From positions 1,302,001 through 1,366,000 of the forward strand of contig OZ237742.1 of NCBI GenBank assembly GCA_965178125.1: 64,000 nt of DNA, written 5' to 3'. The stretch comes from Bilabrum cf. latius (Eukaryota). Numbering within the stretch: position 1 is the first letter of the stretch; each line of letters begins with the position of its first letter. Both the position numbers and the translations under genes were made by a program. Under the pieces are notes generated by a model that saw only the letters and a program-made list of their open reading frames with translations, made no database searches and was not told the origin of the DNA. Below, in pieces: positions 13,201 through 26,626 of the stretch.

Positions 13201-14408
13201 AAGAGAGCCTCGAGAGCCGGCAGAGGCACGCGAACTGGCTCTAGCCGCACCCTGAGCACAGTGGTGGACATTGAATCGCCTACACTGGACAAATCCGCGC
13301 CAGCACCATCCCCAGCACCATCACCAGCACTAGCACCAGCACCTACATCAGCACCTGCACCAGATCGCGCCACACCCCACCGTCGTCCAGCTCCCAGCAC
13401 GTTGAAGGCCTCGGGGCTCGCCAAGAGCCAGGCCCACCAAGCTGCAGGGGCCGCGGGAGGCAGATGGTCCAGCACCAGCCGGCCGTGCGCACTCGTCACA
13501 CCGGATACGGCAGGAGGGGCTGACGACCATCGCACCGGGCTCGGCGACTCTGCGCTGCTCCCGGCAGGGCTCGACAAACCACCGTGCAGTGCACCCTGCC
13601 GGCTCGGGCGGTGCAGGATCTGCACTCGGGTGGGTGACCCGGGATGCTGCCCGCCCGCACGCCGCGTGTCCCCCAGTCGCTTGGCCACATCGGCAGCTGC
13701 CCGCTGGCCCGCGGTCCTGAGCAAATCGCAGGCCCTAGCCCCCTTGGAATCATTGCGCCACGCTGCTATGGCCTCTCCGGTGAATTTTGCGCATGACGTG
13801 GCCCATGCGAGAGCCGCAGAGCGGAAGGAACCGAATCGGCCCAGGTGCAGCCGTCGTGTCTCGCCAGCGGGTGCAGCCGCCTGCACATCTGCACTGGACG
13901 GAGTGGTGCCGCTCAGTAGAATCACAGCATCCCATTTGCCGCGCGGGAGGCGCCTGATGCATTCGATGGACTGTGCCTACGGGGCTCGATGCCGCTGCTT
14001 TCGCTTTGGTTGCACGCTGTCCTTGAACGCACTCGTTAGCGAGTTGAATACCCATTCCGAGAAGCGGCGCCCAGAGCACAAATGCCGCAGAAAGTCTGAG
14101 TTATCTGGTCCAACTGGCTGTCGTGGGGAAGGCTATTCATCTGTGATAATGGCAATGGCCGCAGCATCGCTAGCAAGTGCAGCCTCCTCGAGCAGGCACG
14201 CATGGACGTGCGACAAAAGCCCGATCGGCAAAAGCTTGGAGTCATATCGCTCAGTCAAAGTTTCTCGTCCGTGTGTATCAGCAGACGGCGGGCTCTTTCG
14301 GAGGTACCCTTCCAATGAACCGGCTGGCTTGGGCAGTGTGCGGCTTTTCCCAGTGGCATCCTTACTTGGAGACGACACAGCCGGCAGGTATGGTCCAGAT
14401 CCAGACAT
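10293..14408 (-). CDS. large protein of unknown function (~1370 aa, TAG read-through)
   Basis: Fragments 14133..14411, 12060..13925, 11814..12008 and 10512..11777 share one frame, and the gaps I read contain only TAG. ATG at 14408, TGA at 10293. No recognisable domain. Confidence 0.65.
10869..11078. repeat. 42-bp coding tandem repeat x5 (NERVHSMLALQVGA)
   Basis: Unit GGCCCCCACCTGCAGTGCCAGCATGCTGTGGACCCGCTCATT repeated essentially perfectly. Confidence 0.95.
12172..12243. repeat. 24-bp coding tandem repeat x3 (GTGHDPTL)
   Basis: GGTGGGGTCGTGCCCAGTCCCCAA units. Confidence 0.9.
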
Positions 14409-14576
14409 CAATTATAGTTTCAGTCCAAGCATGCCTGTCGCTGGATCTCCTGATGCATCGGAGACAATCATCATCGAACCGATTTGCGGACCGTTGGATT
14501 CTTGGGCCGGCGTGATGATTCCGGTTCCGTTCTGAACAAGCCAGCATGCAACTTGGAAGCAGTTCTTTGCATTCTG

Positions 14577-16976
14577 TCACGACTAGCCAACCCCCTTCTA
14601 CCCCTTCCCTTTCCCCCGTGCCCGCCCCCGAAGCACCGCCTCCGCCCTGCCCTTGAGCTCCCCGATGGGGGCATGCAGCTGCTGCACCGCCTTGCCCAGC
14701 AGGTCCAGCCCCTGCCTCACCACCGCTGTTCTCCACGCCACGTCGGGCGGACTGAAGGCCTCCAGCAGCCACTGCCTCTCTGGCATGTCATGGGCCAGCA
14801 GAGGACTCGCGCCCCTGCCCACCACGAATGGCCCCGCCCCCTCCCTCACCTCTCGCTGGGCCTGGTTCCACAGGCCCATCTCAGCTCGGAGCGCCTGCAC
14901 CACCCTCGCCCCGGGGATGGTGCCGAACTCCTGGGTCACTGCCATGACCTCAACTTCACCAATGCCCTCACCCTCACCCTCACCATCACCATCACCATCA
15001 CCATTACCCTCGCCGCCCCTCACCCTCACCCTCACCCGCGGCAGCCCCAGCCCCCGCACCACCCTCGCACTTGGTCTCCTGCCCCGGTCCGCCTAGGCGC
15101 CAGCGCTCCTGTCACTCCCCCCAGCGAGGCCCTCCGCCTCCTTCCCGCTGGCACCCCTGCTGTCGCTGTCTCCGCCTGACAACCCCCCCGCACCCTCAGA
15201 CTCCGGGTCCGACTCGGGCAGGAGCCCCAGCTCAACGGCTAGGTCCGCGCCGCCATTCCGCACGGCTTCCAGCACCGTGAGCGGCGGCGGCAGCACAGCG
15301 CTCCTGTCCACGTACCTCGCGTCTACCGCCGACGAGGCCACGCTGCTGGCACGGTCTCGGGTCCCTGTGCCACCGTGCGATGCACCTTCCACGGACTCGG
15401 CAGACCCCCGCGCGTGCCACTCCCCGGGGAGCGGCGCGCTGTCTTCATCTCGACCGCTTCCATCGACCTCACCCATGCTCCTGCTCTTGCTCTTGCTCTT
15501 GCTCTTGCCCTCCTCTGGCTCAGCAAACGCCTCCCCCGCCATGGCCAGACGCGCGACCGCCTCGGGCAGACCCCCCACCAGCTGGTAGGTCATGTTTTCG
15601 CTGGAATCGCTCTCCAGCGCGCGCCGTGCCTCTGCCACCGCAGCCTCGCCGCCCCCCGCAGCGGCAGCCTCCTCCATCCTCAGGCATGCCTCGGCGTCGT
15701 ACACGTCCGGCTCCCCTGGGAACGTGGACTGCACGCTGCGCTCGCTGGCAGGTCTCCTCGCGTCCTCGTCTAGATCCACATCGAAGAGGAGCCCCGCCAT
15801 GGCCGCCTGCAGGTCCGAATCCGAGATGAGCGTGGACTGCGCGCGGGGGCCCAAACCGGTGTGCAGGTCCACGTGGATCATCTGCCGCAGCGCGCTGTTC
15901 TCCGGGCCCACCCCCTGCTCCCTGAGTAGGGCCAGCACGCGGGCAGACTCCTCCTCCATGGTCTCGCTGCCCCCGTAGTAGATGCAGTCGGGGTGCTTGT
16001 AGTGACCCTGCGCGATCATGCACCGCAGCGTGGGCTCACCGTAGGTCGCCAGCGCCAGCCCGGCCTGGGGCCAGTAGGTCCAGTCGCTGCCCAGCGTGGC
16101 CCATCGCAGCCCACACGCGCCGAAACCCCCGCACGCCGAGGAGGCCAGCTCATCCGCCACCTCCCCCTCCACGCTCCCCCTCCCTCCCGACGCGCCGCTG
16201 CTGGCGTCCTCCGAGCCGGAGGAAGAGGAAGGCGCCGGCGCGGATGCCCCGCCCGAGGGAACAAGGAGCCCGTTAAAAGACGAGTGGGCGGACGGACCGG
16301 CGCCAGAGCCCAGCAGGCAGCGGGGCAGCGGCAGAGGGAGGCCGAGGCCCACTCGAGAGGTCGGAGAGTGCAGGCTGCGCATCTGCAGGAACAAACGATG
16401 CACCCTGCCGCCACCCGCTGCGATGTGGCGGAACTCGGCGTCGGAAAGGCAGTTACGATTGATGTCTACGTTCCCACCCGCGGTAAACCGGCGGCGCCAA
16501 GCCATACCGGAAGGGTTGACCGCGTGCACCAGTAGAATCTTGGATCCAGGAGGCAGCAGCGACTCCCCGTGGTCGCTTGACAGCAGCGTGGCGATTGCAC
16601 CCAAGAAGGCAATCTGGATGGCAGACCCGGCAAAGCCCTCGACACCATGTACTCCGCAAGTGTGCACGAGAACGCGCTCTGGTCTGCCATTCGGCCCATC
16701 GTGTCCCGCACCCTCGTGCCGCCGCTCGAGTACAAACGCATCAATGGACAAGACCTCGCCGTGGGGCCCCTTCATTTGACCGGGTAGCTCGATTGACAGC
16801 GTGGACGTTGAATAGCCGCTTGAGGCTAGCCTGGCTGCGGCAGACCGAACGCCGGCTGCAGCCGCGAGGAATCTGGCCTTCGCGGATACATACGTCGTTG
16901 AGAAGAGGCTCCAAGCCTCTGCGCTGTCAATTTTCTTGGGAAATAGTTTGGTATAAATGCTGGCTTTGGTTGCCAT
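14577..16976 (-). CDS. DUF2817 / M14-like zinc peptidase family protein (~799 aa)
   Basis: Motifs CGVHGVEGFAGSAIQ, LVHAVNPSGMAWRRR...NVDINRN, YYGGSE and IHVDLHTGLGP. The family C-terminal part (TQEFGT...ALRAE...EAFSPPDVAWR) lies beyond the TAG at 15093. Further TAGs at 14598 and 14583, then TGA at 14577. Confidence 0.8.
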
Positions 16977-17074
16977 TATGAGGACCTGTGAAATCGTCGT
17001 TGATCGGCACGCGACGGGTCAGAAAGAGAGGGAAGCCAAATACGATTGGATCGGCTTGAGTCCGCGGGTGGCGC

Positions 17075-18502
17075 TCACGTCTCTGCCCCCGCTGGCGGTT
17101 TCCCCACCGTGTCCTTGAAGCGGAGAATGTGCTTCACAAACCCCTCGGGGTCTTCGATGCATGGCCCGTGCCCGCACTCCTCCATCACCACCTCCTCGGT
17201 CGCCGCGCCGCTCCTCTCCCCGTACCCTTCCAACCAGGCCCTGGTCTGAGACACCATGGCTTGAGGGGGCATCACCTCCGCCCCGGGCCACCCAGGGACG
17301 ATGCCCGCCTACCCCAGCACGGCCATGTCAAGCGCCGCCCCGTCTGCCACGATCTTGTCTTTGCCCCCCCTCACCCAGAGCACTGGCACGGGAGGCACCA
17401 CCGCTGGCGGTCCCTCGGTCGACTCTGCCTCTCCCTTTCCTTCTCCCTCTCCCTTCTCCTCGTCGCCTTCTTTGGCCGACTTCCCCGCCAGGCCCCAGAG
17501 AGGGGCGCAGTGCTGCGGGGCCAGCGCGTTGAGGATGCCCTGCTCACCTGGGGCAGTGCCCGGCCAGTGCTCCGAGGGAACACAGGTCCCCGGGTAAAAC
17601 CCATCGCCCGTCCGGGTCTGCAGAATGCTGCTCACGAACGCCTCCTCCCGCTCCCCCCCGGCACCCCCCTCGATCCTCGAGGGGTCTGCCACGTACAGGG
17701 CCCGCAGCAGGCCCCTCGCCGTGAAGGGCCCGTCCCCCCTGTCGGCCTCTTGCAGGGCCGTCACGACCGCGGGGTTGGCGTTTCCTGCGCCGCTACCCGC
17801 CCCGTCCTCGTGACACGCCTGGAACGCATCGGTCCCTCGGGATCCGCCATACCCGCTTGGGCTCCCCGGGCACTGCAGCACCACTCCGAGGAGGACGCGC
17901 GAGGGGCCGCTCGCGGTTGGCATCGGACGGGAGGTGCTCGTCAGGTCTGTCTCTTTGGTATCGTCCTTCGGGTCGGGGAGGGAGTCCCTGGCAGCTTCCT
18001 ATGAAGCCCTGTGCGCGTTGTCGAGCAGGCGTCGCATCATCACGCAGCCTCCGAGTGACCAGCCCACGTACACGAGCCCCGCGAGATTCGGATGCAGCTT
18101 TAGGATTCCCTCTGCTGCTGCTTCCACTTCATCTGCCCACTCTTTCAGGCCGTCTCCCGCGCTAATTGGGCGCAACGCGCCGCCTTCGTCCTTGGGAATG
18201 GTCTCACCGTACCCTCTAAGATCGACTGCTGCGCCGTACGTGGAGTTCTACGCAAGGATAGCCAGGGATTGGCGATACATCTCTTTACTTGACAGGTTTC
18301 CGTGTACAAACAAAATCCCAGTGGACCCCTTGGCCGGCTCGATGTCGTTCTGCAAGACACTAATGCGAAGATCGCCAGCGTCTATCGATGTCGTGGCAAC
18401 CCCAGCGAATGCCTTCTCTGCCGCTTCTGCATCAGGAGGGCAAGCAACTGGCGGTGCATTCACGTCCTTTGGTTTCGATCCATCAGATGCAGCTGCTGCC
18501 AT
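17075..18502 (-). CDS. alpha/beta hydrolase (~475 aa, 3 in-frame TAG)
   Basis: In order: FVHGNLSS, TAG 18248, AVDLRGYGET, nucleophile VGWSLGG, TAG 17999, acid WVRGGKDKIV, TAG 17309, catalytic His ECGHGPCIEDP, then TGA 17075. The catalytic triad assembles only with read-through. Confidence 0.88.
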
Positions 18503-18642
18503 GTTGGAAAAGTCTGCTTATGATTTGCGGCTAGATCCTCGAGAATCGCGGCTGATCTTGATGACGAATGCCAGCCGCGGATCGGATCAACGGAATCAGA
18601 CCTGTGGACCGCATTCACATTCAGTATAATGGGATGCAAGCG

Positions 18643-19967
18643 TCAGCTGCCCATCGGAGCCGAGACGCCCCCGGCCGCACCCGCCGCCCCACTCGCCGCC
18701 CCGCCGACGGGCGTCCCGGAAGCCGTCACCTGCTCCCAGGGCCCCGCCACGGGCTTCTTCCACAGGGACACCTCGCCGTCCCCTGAGGTCACCGCCAGGA
18801 CCCCCCCTGCCAGGGACCAAGACACCCCCCATGCAGGCCCCCCGGCGTCCTCCCCCCCCGCCCGCAGCACCGACACGACCCACGGCTTGCTGGGGGCGTC
18901 CTGCTGCCACACCAGCACGCTTCCATCGTCCCCGCACGAGGCCACCAGGTTGGAGGGCACCCCGCTCGAGGGGCAGAAGGCCACGTCGCGCACCCACAGT
19001 GCACCACCACGCAATGCATCCAAAGTAGCCGCATCCTCGCCAGCCCCGTCCCCGCCCGCAGCGCCCCCACCTCCCGTGCAGGACCTCTTCTCGTGGTCCA
19101 GCACCCACTCAAGCTGCCAGGACCCCGCACCCGCACCCGCACCCTCACCTGCACCTGCACCCGAAGATGCGCCGTCTGCAGCCTCCCCCGCACTGCTGCC
19201 CGCTGCCTTGCGGTACACGCGCACCTTGCCGTCGCATGCAGCAGTGGCCAGCCGCTGCACCGCCCGCCTGTCCGATCCCACCGAGCCCACGTGAGCGAAG
19301 GGGGCCCAGCTCAGGGCATTGACGCCCAGGGAACAGCTCGGTCGGATCTCCTCGGATCTCCACTCCTCGGCCTCCCGGCGCAGGACGAACAAGGTGCCGT
19401 CCGAAGAGCAAGAGGCAAGTTGGAGACCGTGCTCGTGCGGGGAAAACTCAACGTCGTTCACGGATGACTTGTGGGCCTTACTTGTGTGCAAAGTGCCCCA
19501 CGAGCCGCTGCCTGCCTCCTGGTGGATCATCACGGTTCGATCGTACGAGCAGGAAGCGAGCAGAGCACCAAACTTCGGGTGAGCCCAGGATAGTCTCCAT
19601 ACCGCGGCCGAATGCCTGCGCATCATATAAAACATTCTCAAGTATGGCCGAACGACTGCAAGGGATGCCATTGCCGATCGGTGCGCGATGAAACAGGCCA
19701 CTCACGATTGAATCTCTCCAGCTGGAGTATGTACGTCACCGGAAACATCAAACAGTCTGATTTTCCCGTCGCTAGAGCACGTCGCAAGAAGCTTTCCGTA
19801 GTGGTCGAATGCGCTATCATGCTGCGACACACGAATCATGAAAGCAAGCGCAATCTGGTGCTGGCTAGCGATGGCGCGTAGGTTCGCAAAGCAGACCTCA
19901 TGTTCTTGGTTCTCACAACCATATCTTCATGCCCCGTTTCAATTGTATGCAATGTAGCCGAGGACAT
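18643..19967 (-). CDS. SEC13: Sec13 WD40 protein (~379 aa); exons 19967-19917, 19821-19706, 19615-18643
   Basis: HEDMV|HDSAFDHYGKLLATCSSDG, VWRLSWAHPKFGALLASCSYDR, HKSSVNDVEFSPHEHGLQLASCSSDG, WVRDVAF, VSWSLAGGVLAVTSGD. Introns 19822-19916 and 19616-19705 keep the frame. Confidence 0.93.
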
Positions 19968-20104
19968 TGTAATTACCTCAAGAATAGGAAGCTTGGAGGC
20001 AACGCAGCGAAATAAGGCGACAGCAACGGGCGCCGCGCACTGCATATGTGGTTCCGCTCAAGCATCATCAACTGCAACTCGAATCATTGGCTCCAGGCTG
20101 CGTA

Positions 20105-23100
20105 ATGCATCATCCGCTTGTAGCTCTTTCTGCCTTAATCCATGTATCATTTGTTGTGGCTGGGAACGAGGGACTATTGGATGCCTCATGGAATGCCACT
20201 GTGTATGTTGGGTCGAGATACTCGCTAAAAATGTGTGATGGGCATGACAAGGACCTACTGTTCAAGCCATACGGCAGCAAGTCGAATCTGTTCTCATATA
20301 ATGCAACCGAGTGTCACATGACCCCAGACAGGCCAGGCGACTACCTGATCGGTTTCGTAAATTCGTCAAAGTGGCTCGTGAGAGCTCTGCCAGCCGCTTT
20401 GAATGCTGGCTGGCCTCAACGTTTTGCGGATAATTTTCACGCCTGTAGTGAAACTAAGGAAGATGTCAGCTGCTCAGACGGATTTCACGCTATATATGTC
20501 GACTAGGCAAGCGCTGCGTGCACTTTGTCGAGACGACCTGGCGGAGGGCTGCTCCTCCAGTCGCAAGCGGGTGCAAGCAACGGAAGCTGCTCGCTCGAGA
20601 CGCGCAACCGAGGCCTCGATTTCTTTGCAGATCCCCTATCCCATCGGCTGTCTGGCATTTCAGTATCCGGGGGCAGCACTCTGTCCTTCTACATGCTGGC
20701 CCATGCCGGCCCCGGGGACCATGCGCTAGACACAATGGGGGTCGGCGGAGGCACGTATGCGGGCGGTGCTGATCGCATGCCCGGGGCAGGCTCAAGCGGA
20801 TCACTGCCCTCGATGGGCGTGGACATCGCGGCTCCTGGGTGCGCGGGTGACCTGCATTGCGCAGCCGATGGCCTCGACCGGGGTGCAGGAATGGTAGGAG
20901 GGGCAGGCGAGGCCTCTGTCTGGGTGATACGGCAAACGGGTGGCCCGCGCCAGGTGCTTGGGTCCGTCCAGCTGCCCTCGGCCTGTACTAGCCGCAGCGG
21001 GGGGTCATCAGGCGCCCTAAGGGGTGTGACGATTGACTCCGTCACCCTGGTGCTGGACAGCGAGACTGCCAATCTCACCTTGGCGTGCGGGGGCACCCCC
21101 AGCTCGAGCTGGTCGGGAATGCACACGCTGCAGTGGGAGACGTGGGGCGCGGCAGCCGACGGGTTGGGCGTACGCGTCGGGTTCTCAATCGACGACGGCA
21201 TCGTGGGCTAGCCGCAGCGGCAAGGACACTCTCGGGCGTCCGGTGGAGGCACCTGGCGCAACGCCTCGGTTGGGGCGTGGGAGGCCAGCACTCTCCTCCC
21301 CGAATTCGTCAGCCCCGCCATCCTCGCACCTATACAGGGAGGTGCGCCCACCAGACGGCGGGTGCTTCCGTCCCCTCGGCAAGCGCAGCTCACCACGGAC
21401 TTCGGCATGGTGGACGCGAGCGAGGAACCGTTCTGGGCCGACCCAACCGGCGTGGGGGACAGCACGCTGGCCATCAACCGAGCCATCGCCTGGGCCAGGG
21501 AACAGACCCTGTCCGTGTACCTGCCCCCGGGCGAGTACAGAGTCAGCGACACGATCCAGATGGTGCAGCGGGGCAGGGCCGAGCCTCACGTGAGGGCATT
21601 CAGGAGTGGCCTGGTGAACAACGTCAAGGGCAGGCCGGTCCCCTGCGTGCTGCGAGGAGCGGCCGACCCAGCGCGCCCAGGAGAGCGTGCCGTGATTCGC
21701 CTGGCAGACGCGGCCCCGGGGTTCACGGACCTGTCCGAGCCCAAGATCCTAGTGAACATGACGTTCGACGTGCCTGCCACGGCGAAGGGGCCCCGTCGGT
21801 TTCAGCCGAACATCCACATGAACCAGGTGCTGCAGAGCGTGGTGGTGGACCTCGGGCGGGGCAACCTGGGCGCCGTTGGGGTGCGCTGCAGGGGGGCGCA
21901 GGGCACCGGTCTGGAAGACGTGGAGGTGCGCGCGAACGATGCCCTGGTGGGGATCAGCGGCATGCCGGGGTCTGGCGGGGCCAATGCAGGCATCAAGGTG
22001 ACTGGGGGCCGCTGGGCGCTGGACTTCAGGTACACGCAGCCGGCACCCACGCTCACGTATGCCATCACTGAGGGTACCCAATGCGGGGCCATGGTTGCGA
22101 TGCCTGCGCAGACCATGACAATTGTTGGTGGTAACTTCAGCCGCAGCCCCGACTCATGGGGCGCCCAAGATGGAATCCCGCTGGTGGACTTCTCGTGCGG
22201 GGTGTACGCCAGGTCTGGGAGATGTTCCCTGCCGCAGCTATGGCCCGGGGAGGACTCGTGCAGCTGGGCCGCCGACAACGAGCCGCAGCAGGGTGGCGTT
22301 AGCATGGTGGACACGGTGATGGACAGCGGTGGCGGGGCCGGAGCAGCTCTCAATGCCTCGCGATCGATCGTCATGCAGAACGTCTGGGTCAAGTACGCAC
22401 CCGCATCAGGCGCAGCAGGTCCTGCCAGCCCAGCGGTGCACGCGTGGTCCATCGCGCAAACAGGCCCCCGTGCACTCGAGTACCAGCTCGAGGGGTCCAG
22501 GCAGGGGCAGGGCAGCTACCTGCTCATCGACTCCGCTTCTGTACCCGTGCAAGCCCCCCCGCTCAAGTGGCAGCCCGCGGGCGCGAAGCCCACCATGCTG
22601 CAGCTCAACTCGACGATTGCGACCGCCTCGATGAGCGGAGGCAAGGTCCCGCAGTCCTTTGCGCGCGGCGTTCGACCCAGCGCTGTCTACTCGTCCACAC
22701 GAACTGGTCCTCCCGCTGACCTCGCAACGAAGCACTACTGGGGCAGCGCACCCGGGGGAGTCCTGCAGCCAGAGGCCTTCCCCACCTGGGAGCGAGGGGC
22801 TGTGCCTGCAAGGACCTATGGCGTGAAGGCCGATGGGATCACGGATGATACCGAGGCCTTGAAGCGGTTGATCGCGGACCAATGTCCAGCCAAGGGTATC
22901 GTGCAGCTGCCCGCCGGGGTAATCTTGGTGTCCGAGCAGATCGACGCCGGGTGCGCGCTGCAGGGTAGCGGGGTCCATTCCACGCACATCGTGCCGTCGA
23001 AGCATTTCAATGGGACTTCGCTCGTTCGACTGACAGGGTCTGCAGGCACAGACGCCAGGCCATGGCCCTCCTTGTTATACGCTATGAACGTGAGACTTTT

Positions 23101-24007
23101 TCATGACGTGGCTTCGAGCTCCCGTGGGATTGTGCTGGCGATCAAGGACGGAAGCGCAGATGGCTCTTCTGCAGATTACGTGTGGACTCGCCAATTGGCT
23201 GGGTGGACAAAGGCCAGGGATCCCGATCGTCCAGCTTCGAACGATTCCGCCTGCCCGTTCATGTACATCGTTGGGTCTACAGCAGTGGAGGCGCAAGCGT
23301 GCGATGGGTACGTGCCTGGAGCAGTCGCGAGCACATCATCATCTAGCACTGGAGGTTCGATGGCAGTCGCCAGGCTTTGGACCACTCATTACGAGGACTC
23401 CACGAGCGAGGCAGCCTCGTACAGGCACGTGCTGGTGGACGGCGTGGGTCCCAGCGAGGCGGTCTCCTTCTACCACCTCAACGCAGAGCACGCCGAGAGC
23501 GACGCGAACTTCGAGGTGCGCCGCCCCGAGGGCGCGGTGGACATGTACGGGGTCAAGAGCGAGGGGAAGTACTGCGTGGGCTGGGTGAGCGGGCCGCGGG
23601 CAGGAGCCAACGTGACGGTGTGGGGGCATGGAGGGAACGCCTGTCCGTTCGCTGGGCAGTACCCGGCCAAAGTGGGGCGGCACACGCCCTCCCTCTATCG
23701 GGTGACGCTGCCGCCAACCAGCTCCATTCGCGAGACATCTCACGAGGCAGCTGGGCGGGGACGGGTCCTCTTCGCCGGTGTGGCCCCCATGGACTCCAAG
23801 GGGACGCTCGCGGTCACTCGCGATGAAGGTCACGGCTGCCACTTAGGGCGAGGGGCTGGTCTTGGCGGGGACGTTGTGTGTGCATCCCCAGCCAACTGGA
23901 CTGCGCTGGTGGTGGAGCAAGCTGCAGGGACGCAGTCAGCGCCTGCCCAGCTGCAGCTGCGGCCGCTCGAGAGGCCGTCCACCTGCCGCCTGGACCTGGA
24001 CTTCTGA
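20105..24007 (+). CDS. secreted double beta-helix glycoside hydrolase-like protein (Pectate_lyase_3 / GH55-like architecture), ~1300 aa
   Basis: Signal-peptide-like MHHPLVALSALIHVSFVVAG. Two Pectate_lyase_3-type motifs: ADPTGVGDSTLAINRAI...VYLPPGEYRVSDTI and YGVKADGITDDTEALKRLI...LPAGVILVS. Three same-frame fragments are joined across TAGs at 20504 and 21209. Ends at TGA. Confidence 0.75.
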
Positions 24008-24082
24008 CCCGCATCGTGTATTCTTTGTGTTTGTGGATGCTGCATCGCTAGTGCTTAGTAATATCGGTATTGATGTTTCGCA

Positions 24083-26626
24083 TCACCGCTCCATCTTGTT
24101 CTTCAGTCTGTCATGCTGCAGCTCGAGCCTCTCCAGCTCGGACATGCCGTGCACGCCCGCATCACCCGCTCCGCCGCCCCTGCGAGTAGCACCTGCGGCT
24201 CTACTTCGCGCCCCACCCCCGCCGACACGCTTGGTCCCACGCATGGGTCTAGCCACAGCCCCGACGGACCTTCCCGCCCGAGCCAGCGCACTGATACCGC
24301 GGGGCTCGTGGCCTCCTCTCGCACGGCCGCCGTCCCGTCCCACCGGGCTGGGCGCTGCGGCCTGCCGCGCGTTCGGGTCCACGCCCATCTTCTGTTCCCT
24401 CACGCGGGCCGCAAACTCCAGGGCCCGCTGCCGCTTCGAGGGCACAGCCCGGGCCTAGGCCATTCTCGCAGCCTCCTCCTCCTGCGGGGAGGGCCTGTGG
24501 CTGTGGCTCGCCTCGATCGCACCTCTGGGCCTCGCACCCGCGCGCTCCAGCGGAGAGGGCGCCCCCCCACCCTGCCTGCCACCAGCCCGACCCAGAGCCG
24601 CCTTGTTCCGCTGCCGGGCTCGCTCAGCGAATACTGCCGCCCGCTGCGCCTTGGCACGCGCCGCCCTCACCTGCTCGCTGTCCAGGTCGGGGCCCAGCCC
24701 GCCCGGCTCGCGCCTGGCCTGCAGTCCCTTGCGCGAGAAAGCCCCCGCGGGCTGCCTGACCGCCGCCTCCCTCTCCTCCTAGTACCTGTCTCTGTACTCG
24801 CCCAGCGTCTTGGGCCTGTACCCCACGGGCCGGGCCCTCCTTCCGAATGCCAGCGGATCCTCCAGCTCGCGCTGCCTCTGCTTGGCCTCCCTTGCCCGGC
24901 GCACCACTTCTTCTCTGGAGAGTGCGGCGGAAGTACCGGGTCCGGGCTTAGAGCCGGAGCTGCCATTTCCCCCCGGCCTTGTACCTGCTGGCTTCCTGCT
25001 GGCTGCACCACGGTCCACTGCCCGCTGCTTCCCGATCCTCTTCGGCCCCGCAGTGCTGAACCCCCGGCCAGCCGGGCCTCTCTACGGGCTGGTCTGCACC
25101 GGGGACTCGCGCCCCACTCCCGGCGGCGAACCGAGCATCTGGCTTGATTCCCCTGCATGGCGGTCCTGTGCTCCTTGCTGCTCTGCTCCCCTGGCCTCCC
25201 GATCCGCAGTGGGTACCCTGTGCAGCACTGGCTGCATGGGGATCGAGCCAGAGTCATGGCCTGAGGTGCTGGGTTGATCCTCGAGCTCCCGGTCCTGCTG
25301 CTCTATGCCCTGATCCGAGTCGAACGAATCGTCCATTCCAAGCGGTGCATTCCCCGCCCTAGCGTCGTACTGGACGGCAGCTAATGCCTCTGCACCTTCA
25401 CCGTGAACCAAAAGGTCATCGCCTGCATCTGCACCGGCTTGACCCCAATGCACCTCCGCGGTGGCGCTCGCACTTGCATGCACTGCACCTTGGTCGCCAC
25501 CGCCCTCAGGGATGTAGTACACCGCAGGACCCCCTGCTTGGGCAGCATTCTTCTTCGCCCCGGTGCCTGCATGCCAGCTCTAGACCGCCGGCAAGCCACC
25601 CGGCCCCTCGCTCCCACGGCCACCAGCCCGCACTGCGTTCAGGTGCTCGTCCCGGAGGCGTGGGCTTTGCTTGCCCGCTGGCGAGGCCGGGGGCAGGCCC
25701 CTGGCAGCGGGGGGGACCCCGCCCCCAGCTGGGGGTGTCCTGGGGGGCATCATGGGGGGCACGTCGAAGGCAGACTGCGTGATTGCCGTGTGCAGGCTGC
25801 CTCGGCTCACCGCCTCCATGGCCCAGCCGCCTCGCGCCCCTGCTCCTGCCTAGCCGCTGGATCGTGACCCATCGGCATCTGGGCGCCAGTTCCCATGCTC
25901 ACGAGATGCACCAGCCCCCGCCATTCCCCGGCCCGCTACAGACCCCCTGCTGCCCGCCCCCAGCATGGTGCGGGGACTGGCCTGGGAGGCGCTCTCGAAG
26001 TGCGCGCCCGTGATGCTGCTCGCGCGAGAGGGGGGCGAGCCGTCCTTGTACTGCATCGAAGGGGACGGGCTCGGCTGGCCCCTGGGTGGAAGAGCGGTTG
26101 ACGCGACTGAGGTGCGCCCTCCAGGCGGCTGCTGCTGTGGGAGATCGACATGATGCTCGTCTCGCTCAGCAGGCTGCTGCTGCTGCTGCTGCTACGAACG
26201 GGCTGCCAGTGGTGGCGATGCCTTTGGCAACTCGGGAGGAACCAAGCTTTCTGCCACTGCAGGTTCGCTGCCAATGGCAAGGCCAAGCATATCTCTTGCT
26301 CTATTGCTAGCCTTGATGCCTGATTGGCTGTCGCCGTGCTGTTTGCTAGTCTCGAATCCAGCGCCATTCAGATCTACTTGGTCAACACTAATCTTCTTTA
26401 CAGATGGGGACGCATACGGCTACAGGGGCTACATAGTTCGCATGGAACTACCATGCATCGCAGAACCCTTCGCTGGGCTCGTCTTGGACGGAGATAGCGG
26501 CGACGTGCTGCGTCTCGACTGCTACTTCTTCTGCCTAGCAGCACGCCGTGCCCGCAGGGCCTGAACGCCAGATGCCTAGCTCTACTTCTGTTCCAATGAT
26601 CTTGCATGCCTGCTGCTATACGACAT
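24083..26626 (-). CDS. JHY: JHY-like ciliary/centriolar protein (~847 aa, 11 in-frame TAG)
   Basis: C-terminal motifs YRPKTLGEYR, PGGLGPDLDSE...AVFAERARQRN, SKRQRALEFAARV and ELERLELQHDRLK match my recollection of the JHY domain. Six ORF fragments share one frame. Includes a TAG CAG CAG CAG CAG CAG CAG run at 26174-26194. Confidence 0.72.

Noticed and set aside
13114-14535. Long antisense and alternative-frame ORFs (e.g. 13114..14535 +, 24113..25147 +, 32821..33981 -)
   Set aside because: These are shadows of GC-rich coding sequence overlapping better-supported genes.
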